From: an uncultured Ectothiorhodospiraceae bacterium
GTDB taxonomy: Bacteria; Pseudomonadota; Gammaproteobacteria; S012-40
Direction of reading: 5' to 3'
Assembly: GCA_964636675.1 (NCBI GenBank)
Contig: CAZWUO010000002.1
Span: 1 to 61,457 of the forward strand
Length of the DNA: 61,457 bases
A program made the position numbers and the translations under genes. Under the pieces are notes generated by a model. That model was given only the letters and a program-made list of their open reading frames with translations, had not been told where the DNA came from and ran no database searches. Positions 9,239-18,881 of this stretch are shown piece after piece (the stretch's first letter is position 1; the number at the start of each line of letters is the position of its first letter).

Positions 9239-12200
9239 ATGCCGGAATATTTGGCACCTGGAGTATACGTCGAAGAAGTCGATATGGGTAGCAAGCCCAT
9301 TGAAGGAGTAAGCACAAGTACTGCGGGAGCCGTCGGTATGACCGAACGCGGGCCTGTCGATGTGCCCACGTTAATAACCAGTTATGGAGAATTCACGCGC
9401 TGGTTTGGGGACTATCTTAAGGTCAATGATTTTAACAATGCGAACGGCGCACATTGTTACTTGCCCCATGCGATTGAAGGATTTTTTACCAACGGAGGTA
9501 AACGCATTTATGTTACCCGAGTTATTGATACGGGTGGTGCAACGCAGGCTAGGCGCTTTATGTATGATCGTGGTACCGCGACTTCAGCGGATACAGTCAT
9601 TCTACGCGCTATAGATGAGCAAACAGGTACGGCTGCTAACCCACCTTTACTCTATTCATTAGACGTTAGCGATACCAGCGTGGGTGATTGGATACGTGTT
9701 GGTGCAGGCAGCAACGCTGAATACCGACAAGTCACCGATGTCGATAATCCAGTCAACAATACCCACGTACCGCTAAATTTTCCGTTACATTTTTCGCATG
9801 CGATTACCGATACGGTAAACCAATTTAATCGCGCCGAAGATTTGGTGGCGAACGCCGGCCCATACACCGCAGGGTTTACCTTAGTTGATGCGAGCGAAGC
9901 GGCGGATGAAACGATTTTGTTGCTAGGGGCGGCTGCCGATATTACGGTATTAGACAGTGCTGCCACTACGGTATTAGAGATTGGTGGTGCCAATCTTGGA
10001 GAATATCTCTATGTTAGCGAAGTTACTATCACCTCACCTACTGAAGCGCGTGTACGCTTAGCAGGTTCTTTAACCCTGGCCTATGACGCTGCCGTCGGTG
10101 TTGTGCCAATACAACTAACGCCTATTAACGTCGCCAATCTTGCTATTGCACCGAACACCGGTGCGCGCCTGATTTTTGTCGATGATCGTAATGGGGATTT
10201 TGATGATCGCACAAGCTTAGTCCATATCGACAATGCGGCCGATCCAACAAAACAAGAAGTACGTCGCATAGGCGAGCTATATGAGATCGATGTTACGACC
10301 GGTGCATACGAAACGTATAGCGGTGGTAGTTTAGTCGAAGCCGTGACTTTAGCCGATGACGATCGTACCCTCACCGTTGATCCAAACATTGGCGACACGA
10401 CGATAACTCTGGATGATGTAAGTGCGCTAAGTGTTGGTGATTCACTGTTGATTGGTGTATTGGGGTCACAAGAGACCGTACTAATCCAAGCCGTTGATAC
10501 GAGTACTAACATCGTAACGATTACCCCCGCATTGACGATAGATCACGGTTTGAATCCCGTTGTTCCACTGGCGAAAACATTAACAGTCGATGCAAATATT
10601 GGGTCACGTGTTATTGCATTAGACAACCGTCTTGGTCTCACGGAAGGTGATGTGATTCGTTTGGGAGACGTGCCGGATGATGAATACTTAACAATCGATA
10701 CGATTCCTAATGCAACGGGGATGGCACCGGATGCGGGTAACCTAATATTGGTTCAGGGTTTAGTCCGAAGTCACGCAACGGGTGACACCGTGCGTCGGCA
10801 AAACCCACCTACAACTGTAGCGTTACAGGCGACGATTACCGTCATTGATGAAGCGTTTGATGATACATCTTTTTTAGTCACCGATGGCAATGCTTATCTA
10901 CAAGATATGTTTATACGTTTAACAACTGCAACTGCTGAGGTTTTTTATCACCGCATGGCGAGTGATGCGAGCACGGTCAGTCCAGCCGAAGTCACTTTAA
11001 GCGAAGCATTTACACGCGCCCACGTATCGGGTTCCAGGGTGGCAGGTCGTGATCCTTTATTTACGGTGCAAGCTTTGGATGTCGGTGCCTGGGGCGATCG
11101 TTTACGCATCGCTGTTGCCGATGAGGCTAATGGACTCGTTTCACAAACGACGGTGACTGCTATGGTGAATCCGACCAATATCCGTATGGCTTCATTAGCG
11201 GGTGTAGAAGTGGGTACCGTATTGGAACTGAGTAATCCGACAACGGGTGTTGCTTTAGATAATCCGATTAAAGTTATTGAATTGGAGCGTAGTGAGTCCC
11301 GCGTGGTATTAGCCGATCCATTAACCGCCAATCAACAAAATACCTTAGCGATGGAAGGTTCGTTAAGCGTGCGGTCGCGAGAATTTCGTGTCGAAGTTTA
11401 TTTATTGCGACAACCTGATCCAGCTATGCCGTCACGTAATAACAATGTCATAGATTTTGAAGTATTCCGCCATTTATCCATGGACCCACGACATAGTCGT
11501 TACTTAGAAACGGTTATCGGGCCAATTGATGGTGAGTTACGTTTATCGGATCGGCGACCTGTAGGTGACTCGTCATATATCCGCGTACTCGATTCAGCGA
11601 ACACCCAAACGGAAACAGAAGTCGTGCGATTGGGGCCGGAAGCCTTAGCAGATGTATTGCCTGATGGCCGCGCGCAGGCAGCGCGCATGGCCTTACGCGG
11701 AGGGGATGATTCTATTCCAACCGTAAACGATAATACTTATATCGGTGTTGATGATCGAGAACCTGAAAACCGCACGGGCTTATACAGTTTAAAAAATAAG
11801 GATAACATCAGCATTGTTGCTGTTCCTGGTCGTACCAGTGCACAGATCCAAGGTGCATTGATCACGCACTGTGAACTCATGCGTTATCGTTTTGCGGTGT
11901 TAGATGGTGAAGTGCCACCAAATGATACCCTGACCGACGTGCAAACTCAGAGACAACAATTCGACACGAAATATGCAGCTTTATATCATCCTTGGCTACT
12001 CATACCCGATCCGTTTCCAAATAATTTGGCACAAGTTGTTGACTTTCCCATTCCACCTAGTGGCTCAATGTTAGGCGTTTATGCACGTACCGATATAGAA
12101 AGAGGCGTGCATAAAGCGCCAGCTAATGAAGTCGTGCGGGGCATCGTCGGTTTGCAGCGTTCTTTGAACAAAGCTGAGCATGACATATTAAATCCGTCCC

Positions 12201-12622
12201 CGGTCAATATCAATGTTATCCGTGATTTTCGCCGCGACAACCGAGGTATTCGTGTATGGGGTGGAAGGGTAATCACCAGTGATACCGATTGGAAATATGT
12301 CAATGTACGACGGCTTTTAATCTTTATGGAAAAATCGATTGACCAAGGTTTGCAATGGGTCGTGTTTGAACCGAATGCGGAGCCACTATGGGCGCGTGTA
12401 CAACGTACCATCTCCAATTTTTTAACCGTAGTGTGGCGTAATGGTGCATTGGAAGGTAGCAAATTAGAACAGGCTTTTTTTGTAAAGTGTGATCGTACCA
12501 CGATGACACAAACAGATATTGATAATGGTCGTTTGATTTGTGTTATTGGTGTGGCACCGGTGAAACCTGCTGAATATGTCATCATTCGTATTGGCTTGTG
12601 GACGGCTAATGCGGAGAGTTGA
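9239..12622 (+). CDS. contractile tail sheath protein, giant form (1127 aa)
   Basis: AGGAG RBS. The N-terminus PEYLAPGVYVEEVD...GVSTSTAGAVGMTERGP and the C-terminal block (YAALYHPW, PPSGSMLGVYARTDIERGVHKAPAN, NVIRDF...GIRVWGGRV, WKYVNVRRLLIFMEKSI, FFVKCD) are canonical for the phage/eCIS sheath. Confidence 0.92.
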   Translation: MPEYLAPGVYVEEVDMGSKPIEGVSTSTAGAVGMTERGPVDVPTLITSYGEFTRWFGDYLKVNDFNNANGAHCYLPHAIEGFFTNGGKRIYVTRVIDTGGATQARRFMYDRGTATSADTVILRAIDEQTGTAANPPLLYSLDVSDTSVGDWIRVGAGSNAEYRQVTDVDNPVNNTHVPLNFPLHFSHAITDTVNQFNRAEDLVANAGPYTAGFTLVDASEAADETILLLGAAADITVLDSAATTVLEIGGANLGEYLYVSEVTITSPTEARVRLAGSLTLAYDAAVGVVPIQLTPINVANLAIAPNTGARLIFVDDRNGDFDDRTSLVHIDNAADPTKQEVRRIGELYEIDVTTGAYETYSGGSLVEAVTLADDDRTLTVDPNIGDTTITLDDVSALSVGDSLLIGVLGSQETVLIQAVDTSTNIVTITPALTIDHGLNPVVPLAKTLTVDANIGSRVIALDNRLGLTEGDVIRLGDVPDDEYLTIDTIPNATGMAPDAGNLILVQGLVRSHATGDTVRRQNPPTTVALQATITVIDEAFDDTSFLVTDGNAYLQDMFIRLTTATAEVFYHRMASDASTVSPAEVTLSEAFTRAHVSGSRVAGRDPLFTVQALDVGAWGDRLRIAVADEANGLVSQTTVTAMVNPTNIRMASLAGVEVGTVLELSNPTTGVALDNPIKVIELERSESRVVLADPLTANQQNTLAMEGSLSVRSREFRVEVYLLRQPDPAMPSRNNNVIDFEVFRHLSMDPRHSRYLETVIGPIDGELRLSDRRPVGDSSYIRVLDSANTQTETEVVRLGPEALADVLPDGRAQAARMALRGGDDSIPTVNDNTYIGVDDREPENRTGLYSLKNKDNISIVAVPGRTSAQIQGALITHCELMRYRFAVLDGEVPPNDTLTDVQTQRQQFDTKYAALYHPWLLIPDPFPNNLAQVVDFPIPPSGSMLGVYARTDIERGVHKAPANEVVRGIVGLQRSLNKAEHDILNPSPVNINVIRDFRRDNRGIRVWGGRVITSDTDWKYVNVRRLLIFMEKSIDQGLQWVVFEPNAEPLWARVQRTISNFLTVVWRNGALEGSKLEQAFFVKCDRTTMTQTDIDNGRLICVIGVAPVKPAEYVIIRIGLWTANAES

Positions 12623-12630
12623 CCCTAGTA

Positions 12631-12662
12631 TACACGTCATTCTTGACCTAAATGACGGTGTA
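12631..12662 (+). other. stem-loop in the sheath-tube intergenic region
   Basis: TACACGTCATT (12631-12641) pairs with AATGACGGTGTA (12651-12662). That is 11 bp with one bulge and a 9-nt loop, with no T-tract after it. Confidence 0.3.
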
Positions 12663-12713
12663 CTGGGGTGAGAGATATAAATAGGCGAGGAATAAAGTAA
12701 CAGGAGTGTAAAA

Positions 12714-13154
12714 ATGGCAACAGGTGAACGCATAGATCCATATCGTGGTTACAATTTTAGAATGGAAATAGATGGTATATCCGTGGGTGCATTCAGCGAA
12801 GTGAGCGGTTTGTCCAGTGAAGGGGATGCCGTTGAGTATCGTGAGGGTACCGACGTACCTTTAACGGTTCGAAAGCTCATTGGTTTGCGAAAATATACGA
12901 ATATCACACTTAAGCGCGGTTATACCCAAAACACGGAACTTTGGGATTGGTATCGTAACATCGTTAATGGTGTTTCAGATCGCCGCAATGGCTCAGTTAT
13001 TCTTATGGATGAAGAGCGCAACGATGTTATGCGTTGGGATTTTGAAAATGCTTGGCCCAATAAAATTGAAGCACCGGGGTTTAATGCCACAGGTAACGAG
13101 GTGGCGATAGAAACCATCGAATTGGTACACGAAGGTTTGGCATTGGCGAGTTAA
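12714..13154 (+). CDS. tail tube protein (T4 gp19 / Afp1-like)
   Basis: 146 aa. Motifs: DPYRGYNFRMEIDGISVGAFSEVSGL, ...YTNITLKRG, ...WDFENAWPNK. Confidence 0.9.
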   Translation: MATGERIDPYRGYNFRMEIDGISVGAFSEVSGLSSEGDAVEYREGTDVPLTVRKLIGLRKYTNITLKRGYTQNTELWDWYRNIVNGVSDRRNGSVILMDEERNDVMRWDFENAWPNKIEAPGFNATGNEVAIETIELVHEGLALAS

Positions 13155-13258
13155 TGATCCTAGAAAAGCAGTTCTCGTCTAAGAGCACCTACCGTTGGTA
13201 CTTGTCGTTTTCGAGTCCAATTGATTTGTCTAGGACAATAAACCCATATTGAGAAAAA

Positions 13259-15307
13259 ATGAGTAATCACTATCAAACCCCAGGTGTATATTACGAGCGA
13301 GTGGATGCGGATGTTGCTGGCGTAACAGCGGTAGCGACCGATGTTACTGGTTTTGTTGGTATCGCTGAACGGGGCCCTATAAATACACCTGTGCCTATCC
13401 AGTCCTGGCGGCAATTCCAGGCACATTTTGGTGATTTTTCCAGTCGTGCTTATCTGGCTTATGCGGTACGCGGATTTTTTGAGAACGGAGGACGTCGCTG
13501 TTATGTGGTGCGGATTGCGTCTGTTGATACTAGCGGTGGTGCGAAATATTCCGAATTTACTTTGTACAGCAACAGCACTGGCAAACCGGTACCGATATGG
13601 CAATTAAAATCATCAAGCCAAGGCACTTGGGGACATGAGGTCAGCATCAAGCTCAGTCAAAGTGCATTGGCTCAGACCACCACCAAAGCCATTGTCACCG
13701 ATGGAAAATTCAGCTATGTGGAATCTACCAGCGGATTTAGTCGGGGTAGCTTAGTACGTCTCAGTCAAGGAGTCGTCAGTGCATTTCATGTTGTTAACAA
13801 AATCGATGGGATTGAAAAACGCTTGCTTTGGGCGGCCCAAGAAGTGGCAGAAAGTTTGCCCTATGATAAACCACTAACCGGTTTTCAACGAGACCAAAGT
13901 ATAGTCGTTGAAAGTATAGAATATACTTTAGTGGTTTATTATAAACAGCGCGCTGTGGCGACTTATGAAGGTTTAAGTCTTATTCCAGAACACCATCGTT
14001 ACGGCCCGTTAATACTTGCGGAACCTGATTACCCAGCGTTGTTACAGCCGCAAGTAAAAATAGCGTCAGTACCCGCCTATATTATCATTGAAGAACAACG
14101 TGCAGCGTTCAACACAAACAACAGTCCTCGTTATCGTGCGCAACTCTTGGCAAGTACGACATTAGACAATAGTTTACCTACAAATTTACCTAACACGCCT
14201 GCATTATTAATGGGTGGCCAAGACGGTTTGAGTTTATTGAGTGCTCAGGACTTTGTTGGCGAAGAAGTATCGCCGAATGACTCGGATCATATTAAACGAG
14301 CTAAAACTCGTGGTTTACGTGTTTTAAATGCGGTCAATGAAGTCGCCCTAATTGCTATTCCCGATATCAATATACAAGCACAATTGCCTTCAAAAAATGC
14401 GCCACTTATACCTTGCAACCCAGATCCGTGTTTACCCACGTCTTATATTTCACCAGTTGCGCCGTGCAAAGCCGAACCTGTTGAAATGCCGCCTTTATTT
14501 AGCGAGGAGGATATTTATCGCGTGCAGGCAGAAATGATTAATATCTGCGAGCTACGGCGTGACCGCGTCGCATTATTGGATGCGCCTTTTAGCACAGCGC
14601 AGCAAGAAGCATTGGGCGTTGCAGCAATTCGCGCTTGGCGTCAACGTTTTGATTCTACTTATGCGGTATTAAATTTTCCATGGTTGACGACGGTTGATCC
14701 GTTGCGATTGCAGTCCGTTGGCAACCGAATAATACCTCCTAGCGGTCACGTCGCTGGACTTTTTGCTCACAGTGAACTGAGCAAGGGTGTGCACAAAGCA
14801 CCGGCTAATGATTCCATGTCATGGGTACAAAGTGTGACCATAACTGTCGATGATGAACGTCATGGCCTATTGAATAGCTTAGGCGTGAATGTGATACGGA
14901 ATTTTGCGGGTCGTGGAATTCGTATTTTCGGCGCGCGCACTTTAAGCAGTGATCCGGACTGGCATTATGTCAATGTACGGCGTTTATTGTTGATGATAGG
15001 CAAAGCGATTTATCTCTCTGTGCAATGGGCAGCGTTTGAACCTAATAATCACATTACTCGAAATAAACTTCGTTTGTCTTTAATGAGCTTTTTAATTGCA
15101 TTATGGCAACAGGGGGCTTTATCAGGTGACAGCATTGAACAAGCTTTTTTTGTGAAGTGCGATGATGAAAATAATCCACCTGTTGAGCGCGATAACGGTC
15201 GTTTATGGGTACATATCGGAGTTGCGCCGAGTAAACCTTTTGAATTTATCGTGCTTAGAGTTGGGCGTTTTGATAACGCATTTGAAATAACGGGTGACTC
15301 TCAATAA
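13259..15307 (+). CDS. contractile tail sheath protein, second paralogue (682 aa)
   Basis: YQTPGVYYERVD...VTGFVGIAERGP at the N-terminus. The C-terminal block reads YAVLNFPW, PPSGHVAGLFAHSELSKGVHKAPAN, NVIRNFAGRGIRIFGART, WHYVNVRRLL, FFVKCD. Confidence 0.92.
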   Translation: MSNHYQTPGVYYERVDADVAGVTAVATDVTGFVGIAERGPINTPVPIQSWRQFQAHFGDFSSRAYLAYAVRGFFENGGRRCYVVRIASVDTSGGAKYSEFTLYSNSTGKPVPIWQLKSSSQGTWGHEVSIKLSQSALAQTTTKAIVTDGKFSYVESTSGFSRGSLVRLSQGVVSAFHVVNKIDGIEKRLLWAAQEVAESLPYDKPLTGFQRDQSIVVESIEYTLVVYYKQRAVATYEGLSLIPEHHRYGPLILAEPDYPALLQPQVKIASVPAYIIIEEQRAAFNTNNSPRYRAQLLASTTLDNSLPTNLPNTPALLMGGQDGLSLLSAQDFVGEEVSPNDSDHIKRAKTRGLRVLNAVNEVALIAIPDINIQAQLPSKNAPLIPCNPDPCLPTSYISPVAPCKAEPVEMPPLFSEEDIYRVQAEMINICELRRDRVALLDAPFSTAQQEALGVAAIRAWRQRFDSTYAVLNFPWLTTVDPLRLQSVGNRIIPPSGHVAGLFAHSELSKGVHKAPANDSMSWVQSVTITVDDERHGLLNSLGVNVIRNFAGRGIRIFGARTLSSDPDWHYVNVRRLLLMIGKAIYLSVQWAAFEPNNHITRNKLRLSLMSFLIALWQQGALSGDSIEQAFFVKCDDENNPPVERDNGRLWVHIGVAPSKPFEFIVLRVGRFDNAFEITGDSQ

Positions 15308-15338
15308 TGTTTTCGCCAAGACGCAAAGGAGTTCAATA

Positions 15339-15893
15339 ATGGCTGTCATCGGTGCTTTAGGAATACGTACAGATCCATTGTTAAATTACAACTTTATGAT
15401 TAGCTTGCTTGATACCAGCAGCAGTTTAGCTTTGGCAAAATCAATCGCTATGTCGGCCATAACGGATATCGCCTTGGGTGGCTTTAACGAATGCAGTGGT
15501 TTAGAAATGTCTTTAGACATCGAAGAAATTGAAGAAGGTGGTCACAATGGGACAAGCCTAAATTTTCCTACTCGGGTTAAATGGTCCAACATCACATTAA
15601 AAACTGGCGTAGGTGCTGGCACCGCTTTATGGGATTGGCATTACGGCTTTGCCGAAGGTAAAGGCAAACGCATGGATGGCATCATAATGTTGCAAAACGA
15701 ACTACATATTCCGAATAACATTTGGTATTTCCGTCGTGGTTTGCCGGTAAAATACACTGCGCCGACGATGAACGCCAAAGACAGCACGGTTGCGATTGAA
15801 AGCATAGAGATCGCGCATGAAGGTGTTTATCAAGTTCCTTATGTTGGCTTAGGTTCAGCGGCAGCCACGGCAGCGATCAATTTTGCGATTTAA
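15339..15893 (+). CDS. tail tube family protein, second paralogue (Afp5-like)
   Basis: I chose the ATG at 15339 after AAGGAG. Motifs: DPLLNYNFMISLLD, ...GGFNECSGLEMSLD, ...WSNITLKTGV, ...NIWYFRRGLPVKY. Confidence 0.85.
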   Translation: MAVIGALGIRTDPLLNYNFMISLLDTSSSLALAKSIAMSAITDIALGGFNECSGLEMSLDIEEIEEGGHNGTSLNFPTRVKWSNITLKTGVGAGTALWDWHYGFAEGKGKRMDGIIMLQNELHIPNNIWYFRRGLPVKYTAPTMNAKDSTVAIESIEIAHEGVYQVPYVGLGSAAATAAINFAI

Positions 15894-15986
15894 AAACGAT
15901 AGGTAAATAAGTTGGACAACGAGGTAAGGTGGGTAGGTTTTTTTGTGCCCATGCGGATGAACCAATTAACGGAGAATAAATTAACA

Positions 15987-16184
15987 ATGCCCATACACAT
16001 AGAAAATCTGAACAGCACGGTGCACACCGTTGACGAAGAATCAATACTAAGTCCAGTCACGATGCAAAAAATTGTTGCTACGGTACTCGCGGTAATAGAA
16101 GAACAAGATGATCACCAAGCTCGAGTTGTTGCGGAACAACGTATTAGCAACGGCGTATCCTACGAATTAAATAGAGAAGCTTAA
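15987..16184 (+). CDS. small hypothetical protein (65 aa) between the tube and LysM genes
   Basis: The ATG at 15987 follows GGAG at 15971-15974, and the stop lies 1 nt before the next start. I recognise no family. Confidence 0.4.
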   Translation: MPIHIENLNSTVHTVDEESILSPVTMQKIVATVLAVIEEQDDHQARVVAEQRISNGVSYELNREA

Positions 16185-16185
16185 A

Positions 16186-16881
16186 ATGGATCAACCTGAA
16201 AAAGCGATGATAGTCGTGACTTGGGTCAGTGGCACGATGGAATTTATTCCTGTGCAATACAATCCAAAGGAATTACAGTTCAGCAAAAGTGCGCAAATCG
16301 CTGACATAAATATCCCTGGACTGGATTCTCCCTTGCTGCAATTTGTTCGCGGTCAAGCCGAAACCTTAAAATTAGAATTATTTTTTGATACAACAGAAGA
16401 TGGTATGGGTGATACGGCGACCAGTGTTACTACCGAAACCGATCGTATCTATGAACTGATAAAAATAGAACCCGACCGACATGCACCGCCGGTTTGTGAG
16501 TTTATTTGGAATGATAAGTTTCCCGGCAGTGATATCTCCGCTAGCTTAGGCAACCAACGACGTAACGAATTCCAATGTCTGTTCACTCAAGTGGATCAAA
16601 AGTTTACTTTATTTAGTTCACAAGGGGTGCCCTTGCGTGCGACGTTAAATGTTATTCTCAAGGAGTACAAGACCTTAGATCAGCAATTGGATCAACTCAA
16701 TCTCAATTCGCCGGACAAAACACAAAGTCATGTCTTAGCTGCCAATGAAAGCTTATCGAGTTTAGCAGGGCGACATTATAAACGACCCGGACAATGGCGG
16801 CGTATTGCCGATGCGAATTCGATTGATGATCCGCGTCGTATTCAGCCTGGTACTTTTGTTAGCTTGCCACCCATAGAGTAA
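16186..16881 (+). CDS. LysM-containing tube-initiator protein (Afp7/Pvc7-like)
   Basis: The N-terminal tube-like domain contains VQYNPKELQFSKSAQ...LKLELFFDT. The C-terminal LysM reads HVLAANESLSSLAGRHYKRPGQWRRIADANSIDDPRRIQPGTFVSLP. Confidence 0.85.
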   Translation: MDQPEKAMIVVTWVSGTMEFIPVQYNPKELQFSKSAQIADINIPGLDSPLLQFVRGQAETLKLELFFDTTEDGMGDTATSVTTETDRIYELIKIEPDRHAPPVCEFIWNDKFPGSDISASLGNQRRNEFQCLFTQVDQKFTLFSSQGVPLRATLNVILKEYKTLDQQLDQLNLNSPDKTQSHVLAANESLSSLAGRHYKRPGQWRRIADANSIDDPRRIQPGTFVSLPPIE

Positions 16882-16887
16882 TACGCC

Positions 16888-18102
16888 ATGTCAATTATCA
16901 GTTTAAAACAAGAGTCCATAAATCGCGACGGTTTTTATGTGCCACAAATGGAGATAAAAATCGAAGGGGTGGGTTTGCCACGGGATGTATTGCGCGATGT
17001 GATCCAGCTTACGTATAAAGACAACATAGACGAAATTGATAGTTTTGAAATTACGGTTAACAATTGGGATCCCACGACTAACGATTTTAAATATATTGGT
17101 TCTGAAACAGCGGAAAGTCTGCAAGGTAGTGGCGCTGATAGTCAATTACAGCGTTTGTTTGAACCCTGTGATAAAGAGGTCAGTATTAAGTTGGGTTATG
17201 TTAATCACATGATACTAATGATGCGCGCGACTTTTACCACCATGGAGCCCAGTTTTAGCGCGGGTGGCGCCAGTGTACTAAAAGTGCGTGGTTTAAATGT
17301 ATTGCATCAATTACGTCGCAAACAATATTCCACTTCTTGGGAGAATAGAACGGACAGTCAAATAGTGCAAAATATCGCGACCTTAAACGATAGAGAAACA
17401 CGGCAAAATCGTTTTCCGTTACCTATCGTCATTGATAGCAATGTGCAAGCAGACGAACCTGAAATTGAATATGTCGCGCAACGCAATCAATACGATATTG
17501 ATTTCATATTAAAGCGCGCTCGGGAACGTGGTTACGTGGTATTTGTGCGTGACACCACCGATGGACGTGAACTTTATTTCGGGCCATCGCAAGGCGGAGA
17601 CTTGGCAAGTTTGCGCGATGTTACTTTTGAGCTAACATGGGGTCAGTCGCTCATTGATTTTAGACCCACCTTAACAACCGCTAATCAAGTGCGTTCGGTG
17701 ACCGTCAACGGTTGGAACCGGCGTACCCGTCGGTCGATTAGCGAAACCGTTACCTTGGATGATCGCCGTCTAAATCGAAATCAGGATTTATATGAAATAT
17801 TGCAACGTTGTGATCCGCGCGAAGAAGTTGTTGTTGATGAACCCGTGTTTACTACGCGTCAAGCGCGTGAACGTGCCATCGCTATCTTAATGGAGCGGCA
17901 AAAGCAAATGGTCAAAGCTAGTGGCATCATCGTGGGCTTGCCGGATTTACGAGCCGGTCAGCAAGTGAAAATTAAAGGTGTGGGGGCAAGGTTTAGCGGC
18001 ACTTATTTTATTACTGAGACCACACACACACTTAATGATAAGGGTTACATTACTAAGTTCAAAGCCCGTCGCGAAAATCAAGCACAAGGAGTTAGTCAGT
18101 GA
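16888..18102 (+). CDS. phage late control gpD-like baseplate hub (VgrG/Afp8 N-terminal equivalent)
   Basis: 404 aa. Motifs: YVPQMEIKIEGVGLPRDVLRDVIQLTYKDNIDEIDSFEITV, ...DIDFILKRARERGYVVFV, ...FSGTYFITETTHTL. Confidence 0.85.
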   Translation: MSIISLKQESINRDGFYVPQMEIKIEGVGLPRDVLRDVIQLTYKDNIDEIDSFEITVNNWDPTTNDFKYIGSETAESLQGSGADSQLQRLFEPCDKEVSIKLGYVNHMILMMRATFTTMEPSFSAGGASVLKVRGLNVLHQLRRKQYSTSWENRTDSQIVQNIATLNDRETRQNRFPLPIVIDSNVQADEPEIEYVAQRNQYDIDFILKRARERGYVVFVRDTTDGRELYFGPSQGGDLASLRDVTFELTWGQSLIDFRPTLTTANQVRSVTVNGWNRRTRRSISETVTLDDRRLNRNQDLYEILQRCDPREEVVVDEPVFTTRQARERAIAILMERQKQMVKASGIIVGLPDLRAGQQVKIKGVGARFSGTYFITETTHTLNDKGYITKFKARRENQAQGVSQ

Positions 18103-18881
18103 ACCGCTATCCAGGTGTCGTTATTGCTGTCGTGAAAGATTTGCAAGATCCACAAGGCGAGGGGCGAATCAAAGTACGGTTCCCATGGTTACAGCAAGGC
18201 CAAGAAGAACAAGACAGTGCATGGGCGCCTATTGCAACATTGATGACAGGTGGTGATCGCGGCAGTTATTTTATGCCCGAAATTGATGATGAAGTATTGG
18301 TCGCGTTTGAACACGGCATGTTTGATCATCCATTTGTGATTGGTTTTTTATGGAATGGTGTCGATTTACCCCCGCATAGCGATATTAATACCAGTGTTCG
18401 GCGATTGCGAACCGTCAGTGGTCATACAGTTGACTTTGATGATAACAATGGCAGTGAAAAAATAGTTATTACGACCGCTGGCGGTCATGAAATAGAAATG
18501 GAAGATGGCATCAGTGGAGGCGTCACCATCACCACTGTAAGTGGTCATGAAATTAATATGAAAGATGCGCCTCCTACGAGTGTTACGATTACCTCTAGTG
18601 GAGGTCAAGCCGTGACCCTAAACGATACCCCCGGCTCGATCAGCCTTACCACGATGGCTGGTAATGAAATTTCAGTAAGTGATGGGCCACAAGGTATAAA
18701 CCTATCGGTGCCGTCAGCACCGCTCACTATACAATGCATGCAAGCGAGTGTGACTGCTGCGTCCTTATTAAACGTAAGTGCACCTATAACCACGTTTAGT
18801 GGCGTGGTACAAGCTCAAACCATCATTGCTACGTCTGTCGTTAGTGCTGCCTACACGCCGGGCGTAGGTAATTTATTGTGA
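18099..18881 (+). CDS. gpV/gp5-like OB-fold spike protein with C-terminal beta-helix
   Basis: The GTG start overlaps the upstream TGA. Motifs: YPGVVIAVVKDLQDPQGEGRIKVRFPWL, ...MPEIDDEVLVAFEHGMFDHPFVIGFLWNG. These are followed by repeats TVSGHTVDFDD / TAGGHEIEMED / TVSGHEINMKD / SSGGQAVTLND. Confidence 0.85.
   Translation: MNRYPGVVIAVVKDLQDPQGEGRIKVRFPWLQQGQEEQDSAWAPIATLMTGGDRGSYFMPEIDDEVLVAFEHGMFDHPFVIGFLWNGVDLPPHSDINTSVRRLRTVSGHTVDFDDNNGSEKIVITTAGGHEIEMEDGISGGVTITTVSGHEINMKDAPPTSVTITSSGGQAVTLNDTPGSISLTTMAGNEISVSDGPQGINLSVPSAPLTIQCMQASVTAASLLNVSAPITTFSGVVQAQTIIATSVVSAAYTPGVGNLL

Noticed and set aside
10081-10512. Long antisense ORFs inside well-supported genes. Examples: 9652-9993, 10081-10512, 10948-11331, 12079-12585, 28743-29213, 48750-49115, 50772-51239.
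   Set aside because: They lie fully inside, and antisense to, CDSs with clear family motifs. They have low-complexity Ser/Thr/Ala/Arg-rich translations and no RBS. This is typical shadow-frame noise.
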